A DNA stretch of 64,000 nt from Macrostomum lignano (taxonomy: Eukaryota). The position numbers and the translations under genes are program-made. Where the stretch lies: assembly GCA_002269645.1 (NCBI GenBank), contig NIVC01002145.1:136845-200844 (forward strand), given 5' to 3'. The notes beneath the pieces are model-generated. The model was not told the origin of the DNA, ran no database searches, and saw nothing but the letters and a program-made list of their open reading frames with translations. How positions within the stretch are numbered: the stretch's first letter is position 1; each line of letters opens with the position of its first letter. Of the stretch, positions 46,742-60,400 are shown one piece after another.

Positions 46742-49700
46742 TCACAACGGCCTGACAGAATGCTCCCGACAGATGGCCGACAACTCCTTAGTGAACTCCT
46801 CTAGAACTACGGCCGCGTACACCATGTTCCGAGTCTTCAGGCCGTCCAGCCGATCCCGACTGCCTGTCGCCGTTGACGAACCCGGCGACAGTTTCCGATT
46901 CTCCTTGCCGGAGCCGCCGCTATTGTTGCTTTTCGATGAGGAGAACAGACTTTCGAAGAATGATTTCTTTTTTACTGCTTCAGGCTGCTGCTGCTGTTGC
47001 TGCTGATGCGGATGGAAGCTGGACCAATCGGCGAGGCTACCGGATGCTGCAGACGACGCCGAGGTGGCCGCGCGGCGCCGATCGCCTGGCAGGGCAATTA
47101 AACTGTCTGATCGATTATTATTATTACTATTATTATTATTATTACTGCCGACAGGCATGGCGGCGAAGTGCTGCAGTTCGAATTCCTCCGGACTGCTTCG
47201 ATTGACGCGCCAGTAGAGAAACCGGCGCGCGTCCAACAGGAGCGAGTCGAAATTGTCCATTGTGTAGGAGAAACAGTCCACCCGGTGCTTCACCACGTTT
47301 AGCGCCTGGTAGAGACTCTTCACCTGCGGTTGGATGAGGCGGAGAGGCAGCTGCTATTGATATTAGTTGGAGCTTATAACTTTGCTTACTTTGCTTACCA
47401 ACTCTGGCATGCCTAGCTAATTGCAGATCCAGGGTCCGTGACATGCCTAGCTAATTGCAGATCCAGGGTCCGTGACATGCCTAGCTAATTGCAGATCTAG
47501 GGTCCGAACTCTGACATGCCTAGCTAATTGCAGATCTAGGGTCCGAACTCTGACATGCCTAGCTAATTGCAGATCCAGGGTCCGAACTCTGACATGCCTA
47601 GCTAATTGCAGATCTAGGGTCCGAACTCTGACATGCCTAGCTAATTGCAGATCCAGGGTCCGAACTCTGACATGCCTAGCTAATTGCAGATCCAGGGTCC
47701 GAAATCTCTGACATGCCTAGCTAGAATCAATCACCTGAGGCTGCAGCACTAGACCAGCATTGAGCAGCAGAGATTTGAGTAGCGGCTGCGGATAGCAAGC
47801 CAAATCCGACAGCAAATTAGTTAGCAGCAGATTAACGTAGAGCGAATTAGCTGGCATAGTTTCAACTTTATCCAACAGGGCCGTCAAGAACGGTCCAATC
47901 GTATAGAAATTGTTCGCAGGCGGCCTGGCAGACGGATGCGGCCGCGGCGGCACGGGCAGAAACTCCAAGCCCGGCTGTTGCGGCATCGGCAGCAGCATGG
48001 AGGAATTCGTCGCCGCCGCCGCTGCCGCAGACGCAGCCAACGGATGATTCGACGTCGATAAAGCTCCGCCGCCGATGCTAGCCGACGGTGTTGCCGCAGT
48101 CGACGAGCTGGTCTCGTCGAAGCGTCCGGAGTCGGACAGTCCAGCGGCCGACATGTTGGACGTCTGTCGGAGCGGCGGCCGAGGCGACCCGCCTTCGGCA
48201 GCCAGTAGCAGGCCGGCCTCGGACAGCGCAGCTTCAAGGCTCTGCACGCTGGCATCGATGCCGGAGTCGGCGCAGTCATTGCCGCCTACTAGAGACGGTG
48301 GCAGAGAGTCTAGCAGAGTTAGGAAGCCGTTGAGATCCTCCAGCTGATCCAGCGATTGACTAATTAATGCGCGCAGGTCGGCCGCTGCCCGGCTGTCCTC
48401 AGCACCGTTGGCGGCATCTTAAACAGTGCATTACGGATAGGTAGGCAAGATAAAGAGTGTGAAGCGAGTTACTTATTGGCAGGGGGCATTGCCGTAGCAA
48501 ATCCCGGTGACAATTAACAAACAAGTGTGCATACTACCATTAGTAGTTTAATGCGCATGTAGATTAACACACAGGGCCCTGGCCCGATGAAAACGGCACC
48601 TAGGTCGTTTCAGAGTCGTTACAGGTAACACAGGCAAAAATAGGAAAGAAGTGACTCCAAAACGGCTCTAAAAATGACGAGATGTCACGGTACAAGTCGC
48701 TTAAAAAGTCGTTAAAGAGCCATCCAAGATTTATTTTGAAGCTCTTAATAAATTGTCTGCGACTCTGGGACCGTACAGTCGTATTCTAGATGTGCTACAG
48801 TCGCTGTAGGGTCACTGAGTTGCTTTTAAAGTGCATTTGGGTCGCTTGATGAATTAGAGTCACGTCTTTGGTGCTTTAGCGGCGTTCTCTAATCGCTAGT
48901 GCTACAGTAGAATTGTTAGTGCGTCACCTGTGAGACGCTCTGGACGGATTACAGAGTCAGTTACGCAATTAACACTCAGTGTAGCCTATTGAAAGTTAAT
49001 TGCACTTCAAGTATAGCCTACTGAGTTAGTAGAAACGATTCTTAGACCACTGTCCCATGATTCTACAGCTCACGTAACGCGCTTGTGACGCAACGGTCGC
49101 CTCTACTTCGCATTAGACATATTTGAGTCGCTAAAAAGTCACACAAGAGTCGCCCCAGAGTTGCTAGAGTTGTTTTTCAACGAGTTTTTTTATGCGATTC
49201 TTGTCACAGTATCGTTTTCAACGGGTGACTTTGCTCATTGTCAGGCTAGTCAGATTCTTATCCGCTAGTCCAGGATGTCACCTGTGTACACACACGTTCG
49301 ATAGCACATAAACTATAAGAAATTCTGTACGCTTTCTTATTTTGCTACTTTTTTCGGTAGGCAAAAAGTACTTTAATTGACCAACAAAACATTTAGCAGA
49401 AAGAAGTTTACCGTTACCATCCATATTATCAGCAGGGCTGTTATTGTCCTCGGCTGCGTCAGTTTCAGCTGGACCATCTTCTTCAACAACTGCTGCCGGC
49501 TTTGTAGCTGAAGCAGCAGCAGCAGTCGAAGCCGACGCAGACGCTGCAGCTCCTGCACTGCTGTCTAAACCGGAATCGGGGTCCAAGAAGCTCAACGTGT
49601 ACATTGACTGTACATGCGCGGCTGAGTCTTTGTAAGGTCGCGAAGCAGCGGCAACAGCAGCGACCGCCGCTGCTGATGATGGCCCAGCCAATGACTGCTG

Positions 49701-52700
49701 CAGCTTCTGTTGCTGCGACTGCTGCTTCTGCTGTAAGCTGCTATTTACAAGCGAAGAGGCAGACGAGCGTCGGTCAGTTGCGGGCCCGTCGCCGCTAGAG
49801 GAGGCGTCGAATAGTCTACTAGCTGACGAGTTCAACTCGTCGTAGTAATCGGCGTCTAGGCTGGTCACGTCGGCCTCGTCGGCGATTTCAGTTGCGACGA
49901 CAGCGGCAGCGGCTGTGGGACCCTGCAGCCGACGGAAAGCGCTCTGAATCTCAGTTATAGGCACCGAGGACAGACCCGCTGCGGCGACAGCGGCTGCCGC
50001 CTCCGCTAACGCCGCATCTCCGGCGGCGCCTTCGAACACGTCGATTGGCGGATCGACGCCGTCGTAGCGGAAGGCCCACCGACGGGAAGCGACGGTCCGT
50101 TCGACGATGCGCTCGGCCGCGTCGCGCAGATACTCGGCGTGCGGCGATTCGTAGGCGCGCAGCCGGTCGGCAGCGGGACTGATGGCCTCCTCGCCGGTGT
50201 CCTGCACGCAACAGGAGGGCACCAGGGAAGCGAACTTGTCGGCGGCCCTGGCGTAGGGCTCGTTGTCGCGTAGGCAGCGGCGCTGGCTGAGCATGAGGTG
50301 CTGGCAGGGGATGAGGTAGCGATACAGTAGCTGGTAATGCACGTCCTCAATGTGCAGATTAAGCAGAGTCCTGAATAGCGACATGGTGACCACGCCAAGT
50401 AGACTGTTGGAGAATTTGATGCGACCAATAAGCGACTCCAATATATTATAATCGTCATAGTAGTCTAGCAATACGAATCGCACTAGGACTTTAAGCAGGG
50501 CCGGCTCAGTGACTCGGCGCAGGAACAGCTCCAGATAGGCCGTCGCAGCGGTCACCTCGTCCATGGAGCTCTGGTGCAGGGCGGCGCCTAGCACAGGTTT
50601 AAGGAAGCCCGAATAGATAAAGTGCAACAGCTGATCCCGCACGAGAGGATGCGCCAATTCAACAACAACATTACAAAAGTCTAAGGAATTAAGGAACTGA
50701 GCCAGGTCCGGGATCCGCTGCCAGTCGGCCGGGGTCAGCTGGCACCAATCGTCCGAGTCAACGGGCAGACGGCGGGGCAGAGACGAGTACAAGCCGCTGA
50801 GGCCGGTGGCCAGCACCGGACAAAAATCCGAGGAGAATGCAATGAACCGGCCAACCTCTTGATTGCGAGCCGACAGTGCCATGACTAGCAGCAGCGCATC
50901 CCTGGCGTGCTGGCCGATGCTGGCCTCGCGGTGCACGTACGGCACTAGCAGGCTGAACACTAGGAACTGCGAGCCGGCCTCCGCTCGGCCAACTTCTAGA
51001 CAGGCGTCTAAAAGATTTGGCGAACGATTCAGCACCACGCAGAGCTGGTGCAATATGAGTACAACGCTGCTCTCCACTGCGCGCGACGAGCCGGCGCTGC
51101 AGCAGGATTGTACGAGGCGCAGCAGAGGGCGCAGAATCTGCGGTTTTCGGAGTGCGGAGTGCAAGGCGATCATTGTAACCTGATTGTTTAAAAATACGAA
51201 TTACAACTATTGAAATCATTCAGCTGGGTATCCCATGCACGCATGCACATTGTATGGATAAATTTTATTTCTTTGTACATTGTAGCAAACTCATTTCGTT
51301 ACTTTGGGGCTCCTTGTAGTGCAGTTTACTTGTAGTTGCAGTTGCACTTGAAATTGTAGTCTACTTACTAGTGTGTCACTTATTGCGTAGTTTGATGTGT
51401 CACTTATTGCGTAGTTTGATGTGTCACTTATTCTGTAGGTTAATGTGTCACTTATTCTGTAGGTTAATGTGTCACTTATTCTGTAGGTTAATGTGTCACT
51501 TATTCTGTAGGTTAATGTGTCACTTATTGTGTAGTTTAATGTGTCACTTATTGTGTAGTTTAATGTGTCACTTATTGTGTAGGTTAATGTGTCACTTATT
51601 CTGTAGTTTAATGTGTCACTTATTCTGTAGGTTAATGTGTCACTTATTCTGTAGTTTAATGTATCACTTATTCTGTAGTTAAATGTATCACTTATTGTGT
51701 AGGTTAATGTGTCACTTATTCTGTAGTTTAATGTGTCACTTATTCTGTAGGTTAATGTGTCACTTATTGTGTAGGTTAATGTGTCACTTATTCTGTAGTT
51801 TAATGTGTCACTTATTCTGTAGGTTAATGTGTCACTTATTCTGTAGTTTAATGTATCACTTATTCTGTAGTTAAATGTATCACTTATTGTGTAGGTTAAT
51901 GTGTCACTTATTCTGTAGTTTAATGTGTCACTTATTCTGTAGGTTAATGTGTCACTTATTGTGTAGGTTAATGTGTCACTTATTCTGTAGTTTAATGTGT
52001 CACTTATTCTGTAGGTTAATGTGTCACTTATTCTGTAGTTTAATGTATCACTTATTCTGTAGTTAAATGTATCACTTATTGTGTAGGTTAATGTGTCACT
52101 TATTCTGTAGGTTAATGTGTCACTTATTCTGTAGGTTAATGTGTCACTTATTCTGTAGTTTAATGTATCACTTATTCTGTAGTTAAATGTATCACTTATT
52201 GTGTAGTTTAATGTGTCACTTATCGTGTAGTTTAATGTGTCACTTATTGTGCAGTTTAATTTACCACTTATTGCGTAGTTTATATCGTAGGTTTTTTTGC
52301 GTAGGTTAATTTTCACCTATTCTATAGCTTAATGGAATACTTTTGTGCCACTTACTGCTATAGCATATTGTTTAATTCCAAATGAACACTTGATTACAAA
52401 TTTTGACGACATTTCATGTGAAAATCATATAAATGTTGCTTTAAATCAAAATTAACAGTTCAATTTGAATCTTAATAATTACAATACTCAGTTCAGATTG
52501 ACATATGGTACATAGTGGAGGTACTGACGTGTTGTAGAACTTACACAGGTTGATAGCTATTATAATCGATCTCAGATGTCCAGCTGGGAAAAATTGCACT
52601 CAAGCGTGTAGGTCTTACATTCAAATTAGCGCATATAGTCTTATAAGAAAGGGCACGAGAACAGTTACAGGCCGAGAAATTTAATAGTACTATCTTACAC

Positions 52701-53901
52701 CGTTTGCTATCAGTTCAGTTTTTAACTATTCAATATTTTTATAACAAACAATCAATAATTGAGCCATTTCAGCCGAGAAGGCAGTCTTAGCTATCACTAA
52801 AGATTTCAAAGCTATTTTTAGAACTAAAATCGATCATTCCAGCTATTCAACCCAGAAAACAGCCAACGCTGTCTTTATAGTTCTCTATGGTGGAACAAAA
52901 ATCGATAATTTCAACCTTATCTTCTAAAGAAAATTAGCAGTTAAAATACTGCCTGGAAAACTGCACATTTAGTTCTGCTCTTCTGCCTTATAATGCGAAC
53001 ATGTGCAGACTACTGACAGTAGAGTGTCTAGAAAGGTGACTGATTTTTTATTTCCCTAACTTAGCTGCAGTTTTACTACAGCATTAAAAGCAAAAAACAA
53101 GTATTTTAACTAAACGTTTTGCAGTGAAGTTTTTTAGCTAACAAAAAGACATGATTTCTAGGATAATAATATTTCAGTAGAATAGTTAATTGTTTTTCTT
53201 GTATTTATTTTATACGCTAATTCTTGTTTCTTGCACAAAACCGCTTTCCCACATCCCACCCATCTCCCTAGTGTTAACGCAGGATTTTTGGGAGTATTAT
53301 GTTTATAGGCAAATAGACCGGTGCCCACAATCTTCCTCTGTCTGGGAGGGTTAAAGGAATAGAACGGACTTACCGGCACCCTGCCAACCACAGACTGCCT
53401 GCATTGGCCAATCAGCAGTTCGTACTGCTTCAACTGCTCTAGTTTCAGCCGCTCCAGGCACTCGCCCGTGGCCCGATTCGACCAGGCCAGCAGCAGGTCG
53501 AACACGCGCTCCCGTTCAGCGCAGGCCAGAATCTGGCCGGGCTGCTGTCCGGCCGATGCAGCCTCGCCGGCCGCAGCCGCAGGCGGCCGCTCCTCAATCA
53601 GCAGGGACAGCATCTGGTCGACATAGTGCACAACCGGTTCGACATCGTCGCCAGTGATTGCCCGGCCCTGCGTAGCGTCCATCACCTGGCGCACCTGGTC
53701 CCAGTGATTCTCGAACACCTCTAACCGGGTGTCCGGATCGGTGGCCGAGCGACCCCGGCGACTGCGAGTGGCCGGACTAATGTCCCGGTTGTGGCCGTCC
53801 AGTCCAACCCGGTCCGGCAGGAGGCGGGCTTCGATACCTGAGCGGAGCTGCGGCTGACCACCGCCGCTGGCAGTGTCGGCAGACTGCTGAACATCCGTCA
53901 T
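46742..53901 (-). CDS. FHIP1: FHF complex subunit HOOK-interacting protein 1 (FAM160A-type); exons 53901-53374, 51137-49412 (or 49418), 48417-47735, 47323-46742; about 1170 aa
   Basis: VFENHWDQV, EQLKQYELLI, FLVFSLLVPYVHREASIGQHARDALL, FCPVLATGLSGLYSSLP, LRYLIPCQH, FYTIGPFLTALLDKVE, LLTNLLSDLACYPQPLLKS, QPQ|VKSLYQ, LEEFTKELSAI. The exon 2 acceptor was chosen by homology (an alternative exists at 51179). Confidence 0.92.
47400..47720. repeat. 39-bp minisatellite, FHIP1 intron 3
   Basis: Tandem gacatgcctagctaattgcagatccagggtccgaactct. Confidence 0.93.
48583..49225. mobile_element. Possible decayed non-autonomous DNA element in FHIP1 intron 2
   Basis: Short inverted ends cccgatgaaaacg (48583) and cgttttcaacggg (49213); internal recurrent agtcgct/aaaaagtc motifs. 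No TSD identified. Confidence 0.3.
51371..52262. repeat. 24-bp minisatellite, FHIP1 intron 1
   Basis: Tandem aatgtgtcacttatt(c/g)tgtag(g/t)tt. Confidence 0.96.
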
Positions 53902-54200
53902 GACTGCGCAGCCGCCACCACTCAACCTGCTGAGTTAAACAATGTTCTTAACACTGCTTCACCGGCAGTTGCTTAGTTATAATTTGTTTCAACAGATGGC
54001 AGAATTGTTTACACTTTGCATCAATTGTAACATGGGAATAGTTTGTTTGTTTGTTTGCAGGGAGCCTTTGGGTATAATCTTCATAGCTATCTGATATGTC
54101 TAGTCTGCTTACCCTGAGTACGCAATAAGAGATTTTGCTGTAAAAATAAATTTGGGACTTGAGAAAACCTACAAATTAACTGCGATCAGCAGTGCAATCA

Positions 54201-55840
54201 AACACCCAATCAACTAGCGCCAAGTGTGACACCCAATCAGCAAGCGCCAAGTGTAACACCCAATCAACCAGCACCAAGTGTAACACCCAATCAACCAGCG
54301 CCAAGTGTAACACCCAATCAACTAGCGTCAAGTGTGACACCCAATTAACTAGCGCCAAGTGTGACACCCAATTAACTAGCACCAAGTGTAACACCCAATC
54401 AACTAGCGCCAAGTGTGACACCCAATCAACTAGCGTCAAGTGTAACACCCAATCAACCAGCGCCAAGTGTGACACCCAATCAGCAAGCGCCAAGTGTAAC
54501 ACCCAATCAACCAGCACCAAGTGTAACACCCAATCAACTAGCGCCAAGTGTAACACCCAATCAACTAGCGTCAAGTGTAACACCCAATCAACTAGCGCCA
54601 AGTGTGACACCCAATCAGCAAGCGCCAAGTGTAACACCCAATCAACTAGCGCCAAGTGTGACACCCAATCAACTAGCGTCAAGTGTAACACCCAATCAAC
54701 TAGCGCCAAGTGTGACACCCAATCAGCAAGCGCCAAGTGTAACACCCAATCAACTAGCGCCAAGTGTGACACCCAATCAACTAGCGCCAAGTGTAACACA
54801 CAATCAACTAGCGCCAAGTGTAACACCCAATCAACTAGCGCCAAGTGTAACACTCAATCAACTAGCGCCAAGTGTAACACCCAATCAACTAGCGCCAAGT
54901 GTAACACCCAATCAACCAGCGCCAAGTGTGACACCCAATCAACCAGCGCCAAGTGTAACACCCAATCAACTAGCGCCAAGTGTAACACCCAATCAACTAG
55001 CGCCAAGTGTAACACCCAATCAACTAGCGCCAAGTGTGACACCCAATCAGCAAGCGCCAAGTGTAACACCCAATCAACCAGCACCAAGTGTAACACCCAA
55101 TCAACCAGCGCCAAGTGTAACACCCAATCAACTAGCGTCAAGTGTGACACCCAATTAACTAGCACCAAGTGTAACACCCAATCAACTAGCGCCAAGTGTA
55201 ACACCCAATCAACTAGCGCCAAGTGTAACACCCAATCAACTAGCGCCAAGTGTAACACCCAATCAACTAGCGCCAAGTGTAACACCCAATCAACTAGCGC
55301 CAAGTGTAACACCCAATCAACTAGCGCCAAGTGTAACACTCAATCAACTAGCGCCAAGTGTAACACCCAATCAACTAGCGCCAAGTGTAACACCCAATCA
55401 ACCAGCGCCAAGTGTAACACCCAATCAACCAGCGCCAAGTGTGACACCCAATCAGCAAACGCCAAGTGTGACACCCAATCAACTAGCGCCAAGTGTGACA
55501 CCCAATCAACTAGCGCCAAGTGTAACACTCAATCAACTAGCGCCAAGTGTAACATCCAATCAACTAGCGCCAAGTGTAACACCCAATCAACCAGCGCCAA
55601 GTGTGACACCCAATCAGCAAACGCCAAGTGTGACACCCAATCAACTAGCGCCAAGTGTGACACCCAATCAACTAGCACCAAGTGTAACACCCAATCAACT
55701 AGCGCCAAGTGTAACACCCAATCAACTAGCGCCAAGTGTAACACCCAATCAACTAGCGCCAAGTGTAACATCCAATCAACTAGCGCCAAGTGTGACACCC
55801 AATCAACTAGCGCCAAGTGTAACACCCAATCAGCAAGCGC
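54201..55840. repeat. 27-bp minisatellite between PMPCA and FHIP1
   Basis: Tandem gccaagtgt(a/g)acacccaatcaactagc. Confidence 0.97.
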
Positions 55841-57480
55841 TTAAGCTGTGACATTCTATTGAAACAAACCATTGAAATAAAACACAGAAGACAATAACGT
55901 TTCCTAATGTGGCCTAACAAACAGTAGTGAAGCACAGTACGATATTATTGTAATCTTCCATACTATAAATTCTTCTGCAGGCGCAATAAGCGTAGAGAAA
56001 AAGATGTTCCAGTGCGCAATACGAAAAGAAAGAAACAAACCGCAAAACAGGTTCGCCCAGTAAACTTAATTCTATTGTTAACAAAAAATTAAGCTAAAAT
56101 ACAACCACACTACTCTTCACCAGTAACAGACTCCTTCGCTAACGGAAACGACAGTTATAAAGCAATACGTATTCTACTACTGAGTTAAAAAAACAGTTTG
56201 TTTAGTAAGCTATTATTAATGGATGGACAGGCTTTCAAAAATAATTATTCTTTATTGATAGTTATACAATACTTAAAGTAAAATATTATCTAGACATGAA
56301 ATAACGGTATATGCTGCGCAGTTTCTAATATGAAATGATCGCATGATCGCGTATAGCCTTATCGTAATCTATACTAAGAGGGTGGTGCACAGCCACTTCA
56401 TGTATTCATTTGCGCAAAAACTAAGCAATCCAGGCACTAAAGCATCCCCCACAAAAATAGGAAATCATAAATTTTATTCAGTACACTTGCACCGAAGATT
56501 CATACACCATTCAGCAGTAAAGACCGTTGGGTCTGCACTGCATCGACTTCAAATGATATTGTGTCCTTTAATTTTCGCGCCTCTATCATGTCAACCACAG
56601 ATAGCTCGTACTAAAATAACCATGTTACTTTATTCAGTATCAACAATTGCGTTTTTGCTGTAATAATACATATTGAAAATTTTAGAAACTGCAATAATCC
56701 CCTCTGGCTTTCTATATCAAACCCATTAAATTAGCATCTTCACTGTTTGAAGCTGCACCCCAAATCCAGTGAGTGTGCATAGCAAGAAAGAAAAGGGAGT
56801 GGCACCTGACCTGCCCCCAGTCAGTTGATAAACAGCTTGGCTTTCCTCTTGCCCGCTTGCCTGACTTTGCCCTCTCTCCTTACTGCCTTCTCATTGGCTG
56901 AGCCAGATTGGGTCTGCCCCCTAAGCTGAGTTTCGCCCATCTGAATTTCAGCTCTCTCCTTACTGTTCTCTAATTGGCTGAGCTAGATTGGGGTACATCG
57001 AGTTAAATGCTTCTTAACCCCATATGCTCATGAGGCCACAAACCTGACTCCTGAGAGTAAGGAAAGGAAATATTAGCTGTTACATTAAATTTAGGTGACA
57101 ATGCGCAGACAAACTACTGAAAAAAGAGTAGACGCTCTACTTCTTAAAACTATTCAAAATTGCGAGCGACATACACAGAGACTACTATGGCAAATACTCA
57201 CTCTTGCTATCCTAACTACAATACTATATAAGGATATGCTTCACAAGCAAAAACTTCGGTCTATCAATCTATTAATATGAGTTCAAAATCCCCTGCAGAC
57301 GTGCAATAGACAGTTTAAAAATTACCCCAACTTTCCTCTCTATAAATTCCATATAAACACTATATACTGTTCCTGCATTGTATTCAAGCTAATAAATTAA
57401 ACAAAAATGCATCTACTATAAAATAGCTGGGCAAATATTGTATTTGGAACTTCAATAAATAATTGACAGATAAGACTGAA

Positions 57481-60400
57481 TCACTTGATTCGCGAATAAA
57501 CAGACGAGGCGGCGGATTTAGCGGCGCCGCTGTCGGCCATCCATTCGAGCACCTGGCTGTAGTCGGGTGCCAGATTCAGTTGAGGCCCGTAAGCAACATA
57601 GCTAGGCCGGCTGAGCAGCATTCGCTTAGCAAAGTCGCGCAGATGCCTCTCTTCAATTTGTTCAATCTGTTCAGTCCAGTACTGAGGCGGCTTCCGTTCG
57701 CCAGACGACAGAATCTGCCGGCCGACGTCTTCGAAAACAACAGGACGCATTTCCAGATTCATGAGCAGCATTGATTGCAGTTGCTTCTTTGCGCGTTGCA
57801 CCTGATCGTGCGGCAGCCGGTCTGTCATCGCGTGAAGCTCGCGCACTATCACCTGCGGAATATCCACGGCTTTTTCTCTTTGTTAAGGATTAACTTATAT
57901 GTACGAGCTAGGTAGTGTACCTGAACGTTTATAAACTAGATTAGCAAGGATTAACACGGAAATTCCAATTCAGAGTTGGCTTAAAGGCCATTTAGGCAAT
58001 TTTAACAGAAGAGTTTAGAGGTGGATTACTTAGGTGAATTCCGAGAAGTTTAACAAGACAGTTCAGAGGTGGGTTTAGGTTAATCCTAAGAAGTTTGACA
58101 GTACGAGTAAAGTTCAGAGGTGGGTTTAGGTAAACTCTGAAAAGTTTAACAAGGACATTCCAGAGGTGGGTTTAGGTGAATTCTGAGAAGTTTAACAAGG
58201 ACATTCCAGAGGTGGGTTTAGGTGAATTCTGAGAAGTTTAACAAGGACATTCCAGAGGTGGGTTTAAGTAAACTCTGAAAAGTTTAACAAGGACATTCCA
58301 GAGGTGGGTTTAGATGAATTCTGAGAAGTTTGACAGGACAGTTCAGGCGTGGATTTAAGTTAATCCTGAGAAGTTTGACAGGACAGTTCAGGGGTGGATT
58401 TAAGTTAATCCTGAGAAGTTTGACAGGACAGTTCAGGGGTGGATTTAAGTTAATCCTGAGAAGTTTGACAAGGACAGTTCAGGGGTGGATTTAAGTTAAT
58501 CCTGAGAAGTTTGACAAGGACAGTTCAGGGGTGGATTTAAGTTAATCCTGAGAAGTTTGACAGGACAGTTCAGGGGTGGATTTAAGTTACTCCTGAGAAG
58601 TTTGACAAGGACAGCACAGATGTGAATTTAAGAGCTATTTCGAGAAGTTTATGGGTAGAATTTTTTTATTGCCATTGGGAGAAGTTTATCAGGGCAATTT
58701 AGCAGTAGTACTGATGCAATTCTCAGAGTAAAGTTAATCCTCACCTTGCACAGATCGCGGCACTGCTGAGGCGGAGCGCTAGCCTGAATAGCAAACAGTC
58801 CGGAATCGGCGTAGGCCTGGTTGCTAGCCTGAGCGCTATTCACCCAATAGTGCCGGTTCAGCACCCTGGTGAACAGTCGGGTGTACATGCCTTTGCCCGG
58901 TCCGCCGGCGCTGAAGCTGCCGCCGCCGCCCATCATCATGTTGAGTACGCAGGAGGCGACAAAGCCTTCGTCGGATAGTGAGCAGGACTCCAAGCCCAGG
59001 CCAATGTGTATTAGCTCTGGCAATTGAAGCGCTGCGTGCATCTGAGAATGAGCCTTTTCAACTCGGGCCTCGCCACCGGTGTACTGAGCTACGGAATTGT
59101 CCGGCTGCTGAGCGGCAGCGCCCGCGGAGCCGGCCAGCCAGTCGGGCTGATCGGCAAAGTAACTCTCCGCTGCCTGCATTAGCGGCTGATGCGGTACGCC
59201 AATTCCGCATAGGATCATGCGCTCCGGCCGGTAATAAGTAGCTAAATAGCGTAACACCTCAGATCGATCGATTGAGTCAACATTGTCTAATGGGCAGAAC
59301 TTGGGAAAGCCCAGCGTGTTGGCCTGATAGGCGGCGCTGTACAACAGGTCGGTCAGTATGGGCTCGGGGCTGGCGCTCATCTCCATGGCCTCCCAATCGA
59401 AGCGGACCTTTTTGAGAATTTATTAGAAAAAATCATCGGCTGGACTGTACATTGCGAGCATAAAATAGCGAGACGATAGACACAGGAAGGGATAGGTAGC
59501 AATAGCAAGCTGCTGATAGACACGGAAAGGGACAGGTAGCAATAGCAAGCTGCTGATAGACACGGGAAGGGACAGGTAGCAATAGCAAGCTGCTGATAGA
59601 CACGGGAAGGGACAGGTAGCAATAGCAAGCTGCTGATAGACACGGGAAGGGACAGGTAGCAATAGCAAGCTGCTGATAGACACGGGAAGGGACAGGTAGC
59701 AATAGCAAGCTGCTGATAGACACGGGAAGGGACAGGTAGCAATAGCAAGCTGCTGATAGACACGGGAAGGGACAGGTAGCAATAGCAAGCTGCTGATAGA
59801 CACGGGAAGGGACAGGTAGCAATAGCAAGCTGCTGATAGACACGGGAAGGGACAGGTAGCAATAGCAAGCTGCTGATAGACACGGGAAGGGACAGGTAGC
59901 AATAGCAAGCTGCTGATAGACACGGGAAGGGACAGGTAGCAATAGCAAGCTGCTGATAGACACGGGAAGGGACAGGTAGCAATAGCAAGCTGCTGATAGA
60001 CACGGGAAGGGACAGGTAGCAATAGCAAGCTGCTGATAGACACGGAAAGGGACAGGTAGCAATAGCAAGCTGCTGATAGACACGGGAAGGGACAGGTAGC
60101 AGTAGCAAGGCACGGATAAGATTTCACTAATAATTTTCTACTAGATCGAGGATCACCTTTTCTCTGGCGGCCACCACCTCGTCGGAGTCGTAGCGGGCCC
60201 GGTAGACCACCTGGGCCAGGGCGGAGACCAGCCGGTCCAGGTGCAGAGGATTAGCGCTCATAGCGTAAATAGTAGCGTCCTTGCTGCTCTGCGTATCGAA
60301 TATGCCGCCGCATTGTTCGATTTCGCTCAATAAATGCTCGCGATTCGGGTAGGCGCGAGTTGAACCGAACGACATCTTCTCAACTAGATGGGACACGCCT

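Noticed and set aside
54192-55844. 550-aa QSTSAKCNT-repeat ORF resembling a mucin or adhesive protein
   Set aside because: Coextensive with the 27-bp satellite, no signal peptide or unique flanks, and several frames on both strands are open; best explained by repeat composition.
56873-56993. Two about 42-bp direct repeats with ATTGG (CCAAT) boxes
   Set aside because: Could be a promoter, but it lies far from any defined start; insufficient support.
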